A DNA stretch of 35,151 bases, from assembly GCA_027451565.1 (NCBI GenBank), contig DAIDJC010000004.1:1-35151 (forward strand), read 5' to 3'. The notes beneath the pieces were generated by a model that did no database searches, was not told the DNA's origin, and was given only the letters and a program-made list of their open reading frames with translations. This DNA comes from Limisphaerales bacterium (GTDB lineage Bacteria > Verrucomicrobiota > Verrucomicrobiia > Limisphaerales > UBA11358). Shown here piece by piece: positions 17,964 through 27,869 of this stretch. The translations under genes and the position numbers were made by a program. Each line of letters starts with the position of its first letter. Position 1 is the first letter of the stretch.

Positions 17964-18760
17964 AATGCTTGCGGAGTGGCCCGCCGGCTCTCGAATTCAA
18001 GCCAATGGGTGTATCCCACGGACAGCGCCAGGTCGCGAGCCTCGGCAAAGTTCATGCCCACCTCGGAGGGTTGATGGGCGTCTGATCCGAATGTGATGCT
18101 CACGCCATGACCCCGCGCCATTTCGAGCAATTCGCGGCTGGGATAAATTTCACGGCAATCCTTTCGCAGGCCGGCTGTGTTCAATTCCACCGCACACCCG
18201 CGCAGGGCCGCCGCCTTCAAAAATGGTTCGTAGAGCGGACGGCAATCATTCACGGGCCGGATTCCAAATTTTTTGGGCAGGTCGGCGTGACCGATGATGT
18301 CAAACAAGCCCGAGTCCGCCGCTTGGGCCAGCCGATCAAAATACATCTTCCAGACCACATGCGCCTCGTGCTGGCGCCACTGGGAGATTTTAGCCGGATT
18401 ATCCACGTCCCAGGTGTCGGTGACATAATGAACGGATCCAATCAAGTAATCCCAAGGGTGCCTGGATGCCAGGTTCCGTATCCAAGCTTCCTGTCCCGGC
18501 AGGTAATCCACTTCCAATGCCAGCCGGATTTTTAACTCGGGCACTGCCCGCTGGGCGAATTGCACCTTGGCGACATATTCATCCAGTTGATCCATGCGCA
18601 TGCGCCATTCATCAAAATCATCCCTTTCCATTGGGGAATGGTCTGAAAAACCAATTTGGCGCAGCCCCAGGCTGGCAGCCTGGCGAGCGTATTCCACCGG
18701 TTCACCGCTGGCGTGGCGGCATAACGGCGTGTGCATATGATAATCCGCAGGCTGCAACAT
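17960..18760 (-). CDS. PHP-family histidinol-phosphatase (HisJ/HisK type)
   Basis: DYHMHTPLCRHA, GFSDH, LEVDY, DYLIGSVH, IIGHADL, ELNTAG, GSDAH. Start placed at ATG 18760. Confidence 0.9.
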   Translation of the reverse strand: MLQPADYHMHTPLCRHASGEPVEYARQAASLGLRQIGFSDHSPMERDDFDEWRMRMDQLDEYVAKVQFAQRAVPELKIRLALEVDYLPGQEAWIRNLASRHPWDYLIGSVHYVTDTWDVDNPAKISQWRQHEAHVVWKMYFDRLAQAADSGLFDIIGHADLPKKFGIRPVNDCRPLYEPFLKAAALRGCAVELNTAGLRKDCREIYPSRELLEMARGHGVSITFGSDAHQPSEVGMNFAEARDLALSVGYTHWLEFESRRATPQAL

Positions 18761-19160
18761 GGCCGGATTCTCGGGTGTTGCCGGGAGGTTTTCAAGCGCG
18801 TATTCACCACGTGCAGAATGGCATCTTGAAATCTGTCTGAAAATCACGATGCGAGCCGCGGTTGGGGGTATTTGTATTCAACCGGGGTACGGGCGGACAG
18901 GATCGGGATTTTTTCCCGCAGCCTACTGCCGTGGCGGGCAAAGGCGGCGTCGAGACTTCGGCACGAGTGTTTGATCATCTCTCATCGCCCTTGTTAACGC
19001 AGGAATCAGTGCCTTGGCACCTTTTGATGCATCGCCGCGATGCTTGAATGAACGGCCTAAATGAGGTATTCAGGCAAATTGGTCTAATTCCTGCTCATTG
19101 CTCGGCATTAGCTGTTGTCCATATTTTTGTACTGTTTTTAACAAGTTACATAAAGATGCC

Positions 19161-19361
19161 ATGCATATACCTATCGAGAAGCTGAACCCGGGTCTGAAGC
19201 GCCGGCCCACCACTGCCATTTCAAATGTTCAACAACAGGGCTGGCCTCAACCTCCTCCGATCCGGTTGGATCCGATTGTGGCTCAATTGGCACAGATTTC
19301 CCGCCGTGTGCCCTATGCAAACGTCGCGAAAGGCGTTCCATTTTCTCCCCTGAACGATTAA
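19161..19361 (+). CDS. Possible small protein (66 aa)
   Basis: ATG 19161 after an AT-rich leader in an otherwise gene-free ~870-bp gap; MHIPIEKLNP...RVPYANVAKGVPFSPLND. No recognised family. Confidence 0.35.
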   Translation: MHIPIEKLNPGLKRRPTTAISNVQQQGWPQPPPIRLDPIVAQLAQISRRVPYANVAKGVPFSPLND

Positions 19362-19368
19362 TTTTTGC

Positions 19369-19429
19369 GGGTCCTCCCCGTACCCGCCCATAATGGACTC
19401 CCCAAGTCCAGATCATACGGGGTGGACCC
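19369..19429. repeat. Nested inverted repeat (potential structured RNA)
   Basis: GGGTCCTCCCCGTA (19369-19382) pairs with TACGGGGTGGACCC (19416-19429), 13/14, enclosing the hairpin TGGACT-CCCCA-AGTCCA (19394-19410). Confidence 0.6.
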
Positions 19430-19631
19430 CAACGATTTCACCCATAACGATGTTTGAGGGGTGACCTGGATTTATCCTTCAACGGCTTTTTAACACTCCT
19501 TGCCCCCAAAAGTGCGATCTGAAACGGCCTTCAGGTATATTGGCAATCCTGCTATCCCAAGACCAAGTGGCTGAATTTCATCCATGCTGTCCAATTTTTT
19601 CGATGGAGCGGTTTTGAAATCTTGAACCTTG

Positions 19632-20369
19632 TCAGATACTCCGGAGGTGGTTCATCGTTAGCTCGTTGCAAATGGGGCGGTTTTTTTCACATGGAGAACC
19701 TGTTGTATGTCTCAGTTGGATTTTTTTTTCGGTGACGACCATTTCCGTGTAACTCACTGTGGTTGCCTCTGTACGGTGCATGCAGATGGAGTAGGGGCCC
19801 TGATCCGGCAGATGGGACCCGTGAAACCGCCTCAACCAAATCAATTGTCCCGCATCATTTTCGTTTTGAGCAGCATTAAAAGTTTCAGAGCGGATTTTTT
19901 GAGCTCCTGGCTCATCGTGGCCTGAAGAAATCCAGATGCCGGTGCGCCAAGGATGTTCGAGAATTGAAACATCCCTCAAATCCCAGCGCCATTCAAACAC
20001 TTCACGGCTGGCGCTGAAAATTCCGATCAGTCTGAATGGGTTTGTTTTCTGCAAGGGCATCGTTGCGAGACGCCACTCCCAATCCTGCCGGTTATCGCAT
20101 GCAAGCATTTCGGGAATCAGGCGACCGCGGCTTTCGATGGAACCTTCAACCCGTGTTGGGATGGCGTACCAGTTCACGATGGCGCAGCCCAGCCCAACAT
20201 CGTTGACCCCCACCCAAGCGCCACCGCCGGGTTCAAAAGGATAAAGTGCCTGTCGCTTGCCCAAAAAATGCAGGTCAGGAGGCAAAGATTTGACCCGGCT
20301 TCTTTGTTCGTCCCGGTTCATTCCCAGGGCAAATCCATTTTTTCGGGCGAGAAAAGTGACGGTACACAT
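19632..20369 (-). CDS. NRDE/TANGO2-family protein
   Basis: Starts MCTVTF; NRDE motif (MNRDEQRSR), GGAWVGVN, SRGRL, NPFRL, SSG, TVSYT. Confidence 0.9.
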   Translation of the reverse strand: MCTVTFLARKNGFALGMNRDEQRSRVKSLPPDLHFLGKRQALYPFEPGGGAWVGVNDVGLGCAIVNWYAIPTRVEGSIESRGRLIPEMLACDNRQDWEWRLATMPLQKTNPFRLIGIFSASREVFEWRWDLRDVSILEHPWRTGIWISSGHDEPGAQKIRSETFNAAQNENDAGQLIWLRRFHGSHLPDQGPYSICMHRTEATTVSYTEMVVTEKKIQLRHTTGSPCEKNRPICNELTMNHLRSI

Positions 20370-20508
20370 GGTTCGAAATCCGGATCGCCAGATCAACTTT
20401 TCGGGTTCCGGGTGTTTTGAAATTGGCTGGTGAGGATTCCCCCAAAACCCGTTTTGTTGGCGCCGTAGATTCCTTTTAAAGTCATCAAAGGACAGTGACC
20501 TCAGGTGA

Positions 20509-21054
20509 TTACTTGCAGGGAACGGTTGATTCCTGGCGTTGGTGATGGATTGTGGATGGCGCCATGCCGAAATCCCCGGGCAGCTTGATATCCATTGACA
20601 GAGTCATCAGGCGGATGATGGCATAATGATGAGTGGCGTGGGCCGTTGCGTACATAACTTCCCTTCCCAAGGTGGATTGGGCTTCTTGGGGAATGGTTGA
20701 GTAAGGATTTGTCTGGGAAATCGCCCGCATGGGCTGGTCCCAATTCCGCGCTTTTAATGCCAGGAAATTTCCCCTGAGCGCTTTCGTGGCAGCCAGTGCT
20801 GCCTGGCGATCCATTTCCACCAGTGTGCCCCTTTTGCGTTGGTCATAGTTCACCTCGGGGCGATCACAGGAGTTGAGCAATAGTTGAAAATGATCCAAGA
20901 CATGCCGGTAATGGCCGCCCATGGTACCGCCAAATTGTTGGAAGGCTGGTTTACGGTATTGGTCGTCTGTCATTTGATCCAACATCGCTTCACCCTGGCT
21001 CAAAATTGCCAGGACAGATTCCATATGGTTTTGATTCGGAGTTTCCAGATTCAT
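20509..21054 (-). CDS. DinB-superfamily protein
   Basis: GGHYRHVLDHF, NYDQRKRG, STLGRE...HATHHYAII, FGMAPST. Start uncertain (ATG 21054, or 21123 as in the ORF track). Confidence 0.85.
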   Translation of the reverse strand: MNLETPNQNHMESVLAILSQGEAMLDQMTDDQYRKPAFQQFGGTMGGHYRHVLDHFQLLLNSCDRPEVNYDQRKRGTLVEMDRQAALAATKALRGNFLALKARNWDQPMRAISQTNPYSTIPQEAQSTLGREVMYATAHATHHYAIIRLMTLSMDIKLPGDFGMAPSTIHHQRQESTVPCK

Positions 21055-21589
21055 GACAATATAGGAAATGGGTTGGTAAGTGTTTGTGACATTTGTGTGA
21101 AAATATTCAAAGTCGGCCTCCATTGAAAGCGGGTTATGTTAATGGAGAGCGAAAGAGTTCCGCTTTTTGGGCGGGGTTCAAATTTGGATCATGGCCGGAA
21201 ATTGGCCCTTTCCGCATTGTAGATGCCTTTGCACCCATTCCAATGCACAGGGCAGGGGTTCGTTCGCGTTTCATTATGTCAAAGTCCCGTCTTTCATGAT
21301 ACCAAGTCGGTTGGAAGTTTGTTTCCTTACGGGAAAAATGAATTTGTTCTTAAAATTTGCCGGGTTCTGGCTGAAAGAGATTTGGAGGGAGTTGGGGGTG
21401 ACCGATTCGGAATGATAAAGGCAGGCCAGCATGGGCGAAAGATTTGAGAAGGTGGCCTGGTTTTGTGGTGGTTCGGGCCTGGGCTTTTGATCAAAGGCAG
21501 CAATCCGCTTCACCATGATCAATCAGTTCTTATTGAGACCGCATTTTCATGTTCTGGACAATTATTCCCATGAACCTCATGGTGCAGTC

Positions 21590-23674
21590 ATGAAAACTTT
21601 CTGCTTCAGGCCATCGCTTTGGGTTCAATTATTTTTGAAATCCGGCATTCCCGGGCTTGCAGCGCTGCTCCTGGCATGGCATGTCTGCGGCGGCATGGCC
21701 ACGGAAACCAATTTCCTGTCTCCCTATTGCTACCCGGATAATGACCTGGGAGCCACCTGGCAGCCTTCCCGGACCTGTCTGAAACTTTGGGCCCCCACCG
21801 CCTTGGCGGTATCTGTAAAATGGTTTTCTGATCCGGTTACCTCCAGGTTTTCCCTGTTGCCAATGACATTGCAATCCAACGGCATTTGGTTCCTGACTAT
21901 CGAAGGAAACCAGGCCGGGCGCTATTATCTTTACCAAATCACCCTGCCTGGCTCCGTTCCTGGTTCGGTCAGGATCACCGAAGTGAATGATCCCTACGCA
22001 AAAGGTTCATCGGCCAATTCAGGGCGCACCTTGGTATTCAATCCTGCGGACACAGACCCTCCGGGTTGGATGGAGGATCATTTTGTTGGTCTCCGACGGA
22101 ACACGGATGCCATACTATACGAGGCGCACGTGCGTGATTTCACCGTAAACCCACAGTCCGGGGTAAACCCGGAATGGAGAGGCAGGTTTCTTGGCTTTGC
22201 CCAATCAGGAACCGTGAATAGCGCAGGACTTGCCACCGGGTTGGATCACCTTGTGGAACTGGGCATTACCCACGTTCACCTCCTGCCTGTTTTTGATTAT
22301 GCCGGAGGGGATGAAAGACAGGGACCTGGGTCCTACACCTGGTATGACTGGGGCTACGATCCCGTGCTTTATGACAACTTGGAGGGGTCATATTCCACAC
22401 AGCCCAACGGAACATCACGGCAAGCGGAGTTCAAAAAATTAATAATGGCCCTGCACCGCCGTGGAATTGGAGTGGTCCTGGATGTGGTTTTCAACCATAC
22501 CGATGCTGTCGGGGACGCCCCCTTTTCCATTTTTGACAAAATTTACCCGGGCTACTTTTATCGCACCGATGCGGCGGGGCATCCCGCCAATGCCAGCGGT
22601 TGTGGGAATGAATTTGCGTCCGAACGTCCCATGGCGCGGAAGTTCATACTGGATTCCATCCAATATTGGATGCGTGAATACCATGTGGACGGTTTTCGTT
22701 TTGATTTGATGGGCTTGCTGGACCAGACCACCATGAAGGCTGTATATAAGGCGGCAAAAGCCATCAATCCTTCCGCCATCATTTATGGCGAAGGTTGGAG
22801 CATGGAACAGGTCCTTCCACCGGATCAAATGATGACCCAATCGGCGGTGCAGGGGACTGGGGTGGCGGCGTTTAACGACGGGATCCGCGACAACATCAAA
22901 GGAGATGCCGGAAACGCCTCGGCCCGCGGGTTTATCCAGGGATTGGCTCCTCCGTATGGAGGGATGGGCATGTTTTATTTGAATTTGAAGGGTCAAGGCA
23001 CCGGGCGCGGGCCGGGGGTCATTCCTGTTTTTTCTCCCAATGAAACCATCAATTATGACTCCGTGCATGATGATTTATGTTTGTGGGATAAAATCGCCGC
23101 CTCTGCGGCTGACCAGCCGGAAACCATCCGCGAGCAGATGGACCAATTGGCTGCCGGGATCATTCTCACGGCCCAAGGCGTTCCATTTCTGCATGCCGGG
23201 GATGAATTCCTCAGGTCCAAACAGGGTGTGGCCAACAGTTATAACAATAATGATCCTGATGTGAATCCGATCCACTGGGACCTGAAAACAGCGCACGCCG
23301 GGGTGTTTCGCTTTTACAGGGGCCTTGTGGCCATGCGGAAGGCTCATCCCGCGTTTCGCATGGATCAGGCTGCGCAGGTCAACGCATGCATGGAATTTGT
23401 GCCTGGCCTGGGAGATCATCTGGTGGCTTACGTGCTGAAGGATCACGCCAATGGTGACGTATGGCGAAATATACTGGTGGTTTACAATGGATCGGGCGCG
23501 AAGCGACAGGTGGCCATCAGTGGAAAATGGCAGGTGGTGGCCGATGCGCGTGATGCCGGTGTGGACGACTTGCGCACAGTTTTTGGGCCCGTGTCCGTGG
23601 AGCCTTTTTCCTTATTGGTGGCCCATTCTGCAGATTCCATATCCTTTTTGAAACAGCCGCCCCTGACCAATTGA
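21590..23674 (+). CDS. pulA: Type I pullulanase (GH13, CBM48-like N-terminus), probably exported
   Basis: DLGA...LWAPTA, DPYAK, LYEAHVRDF, ITHVHLLP, YDWGYDP (variant of the type I pullulanase YNWGYDP), DVVFNH, DGFRFDLMG, YGEGW, SVHDD, QGVPFLHAGDEF, NSYN. Hydrophobic N-terminal stretch. Start 21590 or 21515. Confidence 0.92.
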   Translation: MKTFCFRPSLWVQLFLKSGIPGLAALLLAWHVCGGMATETNFLSPYCYPDNDLGATWQPSRTCLKLWAPTALAVSVKWFSDPVTSRFSLLPMTLQSNGIWFLTIEGNQAGRYYLYQITLPGSVPGSVRITEVNDPYAKGSSANSGRTLVFNPADTDPPGWMEDHFVGLRRNTDAILYEAHVRDFTVNPQSGVNPEWRGRFLGFAQSGTVNSAGLATGLDHLVELGITHVHLLPVFDYAGGDERQGPGSYTWYDWGYDPVLYDNLEGSYSTQPNGTSRQAEFKKLIMALHRRGIGVVLDVVFNHTDAVGDAPFSIFDKIYPGYFYRTDAAGHPANASGCGNEFASERPMARKFILDSIQYWMREYHVDGFRFDLMGLLDQTTMKAVYKAAKAINPSAIIYGEGWSMEQVLPPDQMMTQSAVQGTGVAAFNDGIRDNIKGDAGNASARGFIQGLAPPYGGMGMFYLNLKGQGTGRGPGVIPVFSPNETINYDSVHDDLCLWDKIAASAADQPETIREQMDQLAAGIILTAQGVPFLHAGDEFLRSKQGVANSYNNNDPDVNPIHWDLKTAHAGVFRFYRGLVAMRKAHPAFRMDQAAQVNACMEFVPGLGDHLVAYVLKDHANGDVWRNILVVYNGSGAKRQVAISGKWQVVADARDAGVDDLRTVFGPVSVEPFSLLVAHSADSISFLKQPPLTN

Positions 23675-23780
23675 ACGCGGTGGAGTGACAGGAGAAGCAA
23701 AATTTGCCCGGATTCACAGATATTGCCTTTCCACCCGTTGGTTCTAGCAAGTGGATCTACATCCAAAAGGGATTGCGAAA

Positions 23781-26573
23781 TCAACCCTTTGATTCTTTTC
23801 CGTTCCGCCTGGCCTGACGCGGTCGTGGGTTCTGGTTGGATTTTTGCTTTTGATTTTGAGGTGGCTGCTCGCGGAGGGAAACCAGTTCGGGCAAGGTGTC
23901 CGGTGCGGGTGCAATTTCTGGCTGGGGCCTGGTCTGTGGAGAGAGTATCACCATCAGCAGCAGACCCACGAGGCAGGTGAGCGCTGTAAAAACACCGGCA
24001 AGGCTGATGTTCCGAAGGCCTGGCGGTGGGAGGAATTTGAATTCCACCTTATGCAAACCGGGTGGAATTTGCACTCCCTGCATCAAAAAATTGCATCGCA
24101 ACAAATGGGCGGCCTGGCCATCCACCCACACCTTCCAGGCGGGATCATACCGATCATTCAACATCAGAATACTGGTTGTGCCAGCCTTGGCCCGCAGGAC
24201 CACGTCCTTCGGGGAATATTGCTGTATTTCCGCCGCTTCCACCGGGTTTGTCGCATTGTTGGAAGGACAGTCCGGGGCGGCTTCATCCACAATCATCTCA
24301 GTTTCCGGGTTAAAAGTCGGATTGAAAAGCTTGTCCAAAACCGATTTGTCCTGAGTGTCGTTGTCCCAGTGGGCATAAACACACGCTCTCGGCAAAATGT
24401 TGCCCATTTCAAAAAGTGAAAAAAGCCCATTCGATGAAAGGGAAACCGTAAAGTCTGCCGGGTCGTGTGTCTGGTATGGGGCGTTGGCTTTGGGCACAAT
24501 ATCAAATTGTATCAGGGGTTTTAGGGGGTGTTCGAAAAGGTTTGAATTGTCTTCCCAGACCGTCTCCAACTCCGAGGGTCCGAGCATGTATCGTGTGTTG
24601 GTGAGTTGCCAGGCGCGAAGGATGGGGGTCAGGGAATTCGTGGTCTGTGTGGGGTCATACCGTTTTTGGTAAGCGGCGAGATCCTCCGGCAGGCGTGGTA
24701 TGGATACCATGTCAAAGGCCTGAATGTTATAGTAGGGGAACTGGTGTTGGAGCCACTCCACCTTGTAAAGATTCCGGATTAAATTCAGGGGCGGCGGCAG
24801 TCGCATGGGCACCAACACCACGCGTTGATCTTGGGGCTGTTGTCTCAAATAATCCAGCACTGGGTTGGTGGAATATTTTTCCTTGTAATCCACCGGCACA
24901 ATCCACGGCAGATTGGCCCGCCCCAAATCCACCAGCAGAAAAAGCAGAATGACCAAAGCACCCAGCGAGCGGCGTTTTCCCGAAAAGGCGCCTGTCTTCA
25001 AGAGGATGATCAAACAGGCTGCTCCTGTTAAAAAAACCGCCCCCCAGCCAGCCGCACGGATGCTGAAATCCGCATCCAAATCCGCCAGGGAGATTAACCG
25101 TACCGATTGAAGGTATTCCACCAGGTCCGAGCGGTGGCTGGCGTAGGCCATCCAGGCAAAAATACTGGTCAGAGCCAGCGCCACGCACACCAGTACTCCA
25201 TGCCGTTCCAATCGGGCCGCCCGTGCAAGCCAGCCGGGTGTTCCTTTTCCCCCTGCGGCCACGGCAAGTTCCTTGGAGGACAGGTAACGGCGGTCCATGG
25301 CGTCCAGGCCCAGGGCAAATAAAACCCCCATGGCTACGTCAAAGACATAGAGGAATTTAGTGGGATTGCGGATCGTGGAGACGTAGGGGAGCTGATAAAA
25401 AAGGTGGTAAAAAGGAGCGTAATGGCCCAAAGCGAGCATGAGAGAGACAGTGGCCAATCCCGAATAAAAAATTACCCAGCCCCTGAGCCGCCGGTCAAAC
25501 ACCGGGTTTTTGCGAACCAACAGCGCGCCAACCGCCCAAAGGCCCACCAATAAGGTTAATGCGCCCACATAATTGCCCCCTCCTGTGTAACGGATAAAAC
25601 CCAGGGGTGGAGGCCCCTGACTTCCATTTTCCAAAAAGGTGTCCCAGGCCGCATCGCGCCCCATGTTTCCCCAATAGTTACCGCCATTTGGGGTGTCCAT
25701 CCGATATCCAAACAACCCAGGAACAAAAAGTCCTAAAACCTCAGCCTTGGGGAGGCTCCACTGGGTTGCCCAATGCCAGCGATCCGCCTTGGTTTGAGAG
25801 TCTTGCGCCGTGCCTTGAACGTTGTGAATGGAAAATTGAATCAGTCCCTGGACGGATTGCGCCGCCAGAAAAAAAGCCAGTGCAGTCACCACGCCAAGCC
25901 TGCCCAGTCCGACCACCACATTTTTGACCCTGTCCCCCTGCTGATGAAGAGTTTGAAACACCATGAACAGGACCACCACCAAGCTAAGGATGGCTCCCAC
26001 ATCTGCCGCCTCCACCACTGCTTCCCCCACTGCAAAACCGGCCAGGGCAAGTCGCAACAAGGTTTGCCCGGGTTTAACCCTGGCCAGAGCGGCCATCGCC
26101 AAAAAGGTCATTGCCAACGCAAAATCATGGGCGGCCACACCCCAACAGGCGACCGAAAAGCAGCTTGAATTCAGCATCATTGCCATCCCGCCCGCGACAC
26201 AGGCCAGCATGCTCAAACCCAGCTCGCGAAAAAAACACCAGCTTCCCAAACCCAGGAGCAGAAGGGACGTGAACGCGTAAAACTTGGAAAAATAGACGGG
26301 CCCCAGAAGCCATTGTAGAACAAAGGTCAGTCCGGGCGCAGCCGGCCCGGTATCCAGACCCACGGAATTTAAATCCGACCAGCATCCGGAGAAACGTCCC
26401 GGCATGGCATGGCATGCCGCCATCAATTCCCCGAGCGGGCCGTCATTGGAAAATAAAACCTTCCCGGGAATGATTGCCGGGAGGAACAGGCACAATAATA
26501 TGGCCCCAAATAAAAAGGACGCGGTTCCCCAACCTCCCCGGAGGAGCCTGTCCATCAAACCAGATAATTTCAT
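23781..26573 (-). CDS. YfhO-like multi-pass GT-C membrane glycosyltransferase
   Basis: About 13 TM segments, LFSNDGP acidic residue in the first loop, IRNPTKF, large extracytoplasmic domain, C-terminal LNDRYDPAWKVWVDG...RCNFLMQGV...VEFKF followed by a final TM. Confidence 0.82.
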   Translation of the reverse strand: MKLSGLMDRLLRGGWGTASFLFGAILLCLFLPAIIPGKVLFSNDGPLGELMAACHAMPGRFSGCWSDLNSVGLDTGPAAPGLTFVLQWLLGPVYFSKFYAFTSLLLLGLGSWCFFRELGLSMLACVAGGMAMMLNSSCFSVACWGVAAHDFALAMTFLAMAALARVKPGQTLLRLALAGFAVGEAVVEAADVGAILSLVVVLFMVFQTLHQQGDRVKNVVVGLGRLGVVTALAFFLAAQSVQGLIQFSIHNVQGTAQDSQTKADRWHWATQWSLPKAEVLGLFVPGLFGYRMDTPNGGNYWGNMGRDAAWDTFLENGSQGPPPLGFIRYTGGGNYVGALTLLVGLWAVGALLVRKNPVFDRRLRGWVIFYSGLATVSLMLALGHYAPFYHLFYQLPYVSTIRNPTKFLYVFDVAMGVLFALGLDAMDRRYLSSKELAVAAGGKGTPGWLARAARLERHGVLVCVALALTSIFAWMAYASHRSDLVEYLQSVRLISLADLDADFSIRAAGWGAVFLTGAACLIILLKTGAFSGKRRSLGALVILLFLLVDLGRANLPWIVPVDYKEKYSTNPVLDYLRQQPQDQRVVLVPMRLPPPLNLIRNLYKVEWLQHQFPYYNIQAFDMVSIPRLPEDLAAYQKRYDPTQTTNSLTPILRAWQLTNTRYMLGPSELETVWEDNSNLFEHPLKPLIQFDIVPKANAPYQTHDPADFTVSLSSNGLFSLFEMGNILPRACVYAHWDNDTQDKSVLDKLFNPTFNPETEMIVDEAAPDCPSNNATNPVEAAEIQQYSPKDVVLRAKAGTTSILMLNDRYDPAWKVWVDGQAAHLLRCNFLMQGVQIPPGLHKVEFKFLPPPGLRNISLAGVFTALTCLVGLLLMVILSPQTRPQPEIAPAPDTLPELVSLREQPPQNQKQKSNQNPRPRQARRNGKESKG

Positions 26574-26574
26574 C

Positions 26575-27594
26575 TTATCGCTGTCCCGATTCCTCCGTGC
26601 CTGCCTCCGCCCGGCTCCAGTGTGAAAGGTCCCTGCCCAGCAAAGCGCTTAATGCCTCCACCTCGCCCTGCATCTCGCGGCGGACATTGTTTTTCAGCCT
26701 GGTTTCAAAAGGAGCCCGGATGGCGGGGCGCACATTCATGGAGCATAGTCCAAGGCCGGCTTTTTGCACCAGCTTGAAAAGCGGTGCGGGCAGCCAAGTG
26801 CGCAGTTTGACTGCCGAGCTCCGCAGCCATGGATCCTGCAACACTCCCCGCAAGAATTTGCTTTTCACTGTTTGGTTGCCATTGATGATGTCGAAACTCA
26901 TTTCCGCCGGAATGCGCGCCGGATCCAATCCAAGGAATTTTACCACATCCCGGTAAACCTCTCCGGTTCGCTCCGCAAAATCGTCCCAGAGGATTACCTT
27001 GACCTGTTTGCGCCCAAACGCATCCAGATACCTTTTCACTTGATCCGCGTAACACGCCGTCCGGTAATAATCCAATCCCTGCGGAAAATAGGCCTGGCGC
27101 GAAAGTTGATGGCCTTGACGCCGGTCTTTTACTGCTTCCAATGCCTGTCCAAAACTTTCCAAATGTTCATTCCCATCGCACAAAAACTGGTGGTACATGG
27201 AATACATCATCATGGTCGGTTCTCGAAGCATGATTATGATGCGCGCCTCCGGATTGAAGGCCTTAATTTCAGACGCCGCCAGTTCGGATCGCAAATACCA
27301 GACCGAACATTCTCCCACACACTGCCGGGAGGCACCCTCTCGGAATTCGGAGGCGTATGCAGCGGTGTCTCGACGGTAAAATTGGGGCCCAAATTTCAAA
27401 TCCCCGCCAAAATGATGCATTTCCTTGCGTGCCATAAAAACATCCGGATGAGCGGCAAGGTACTGATTCAATGCCGTGGTTCCGCATTTTGGGGCTCCGA
27501 CAATGAAAAAATTGGGGGTCTTATTGGGAGGAATAGAGTGAACCGGGTGTGGATGGGCGGAAAGAGGGTCCAGTTTCGCCAGGGTTTTCGACAT
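26575..27594 (-). CDS. PAPS-dependent sulfotransferase
   Basis: PNFFIVGAPKCGTTAL (5'-PSB), HPDVF...KEMHHF, GECSVWY, IIIMLREP...YSMY (3'-PB). Confidence 0.92.
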   Translation of the reverse strand: MSKTLAKLDPLSAHPHPVHSIPPNKTPNFFIVGAPKCGTTALNQYLAAHPDVFMARKEMHHFGGDLKFGPQFYRRDTAAYASEFREGASRQCVGECSVWYLRSELAASEIKAFNPEARIIIMLREPTMMMYSMYHQFLCDGNEHLESFGQALEAVKDRRQGHQLSRQAYFPQGLDYYRTACYADQVKRYLDAFGRKQVKVILWDDFAERTGEVYRDVVKFLGLDPARIPAEMSFDIINGNQTVKSKFLRGVLQDPWLRSSAVKLRTWLPAPLFKLVQKAGLGLCSMNVRPAIRAPFETRLKNNVRREMQGEVEALSALLGRDLSHWSRAEAGTEESGQR

Positions 27595-27828
27595 ACTTCG
27601 CTTTCGCTTCGCATTTCATATGCCATGTTTTAGGAGCTCCGAGCTGACGCATCTTTCTTCTTTCAAGTTTTTAAAGCTGGAACTACCAAGGCAGACAATA
27701 ATGCCCCTGTTTACGCCCATTTTTGGTTTTTTTTGGCCGCCAAGGGATCCTGATTTTTGCGAAATTTCCAAGGAAAATCAAACGGTGGTTCCTTGAACAC
27801 CTACTAGGAGTGAATTGTTTGGTGGTAT

Positions 27829-27869
27829 TTGGGTGTATTCACCCAATGAGGTTGGGTGGTTGCACCCAA
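27829..27869. promoter_or_regulatory. Tandem 18-bp palindromes, putative transcription-factor operators
   Basis: TTGGGTG-TATT-CACCCAA (27829-27846) and TTGGGTG-GTTG-CACCCAA (27852-27869); intergenic, upstream of the sulfotransferase. Confidence 0.55.

Noticed and set aside
19015-19030. TGGCACCTTTTGATGC as a sigma-54 promoter
   Set aside because: GG-to-GC spacing is 11 nt rather than the strictly required 10.
21123-21140. TTGAAAGCG as a LacI-family operator for the pullulanase
   Set aside because: Only a half-site; the downstream half is not palindromic.
26764-27633. 289-aa plus-strand ORF (likewise 5720-6499, 28967-29704 and 34106-34867)
   Set aside because: Antisense shadows of well-supported minus-strand genes, expected at this GC content.
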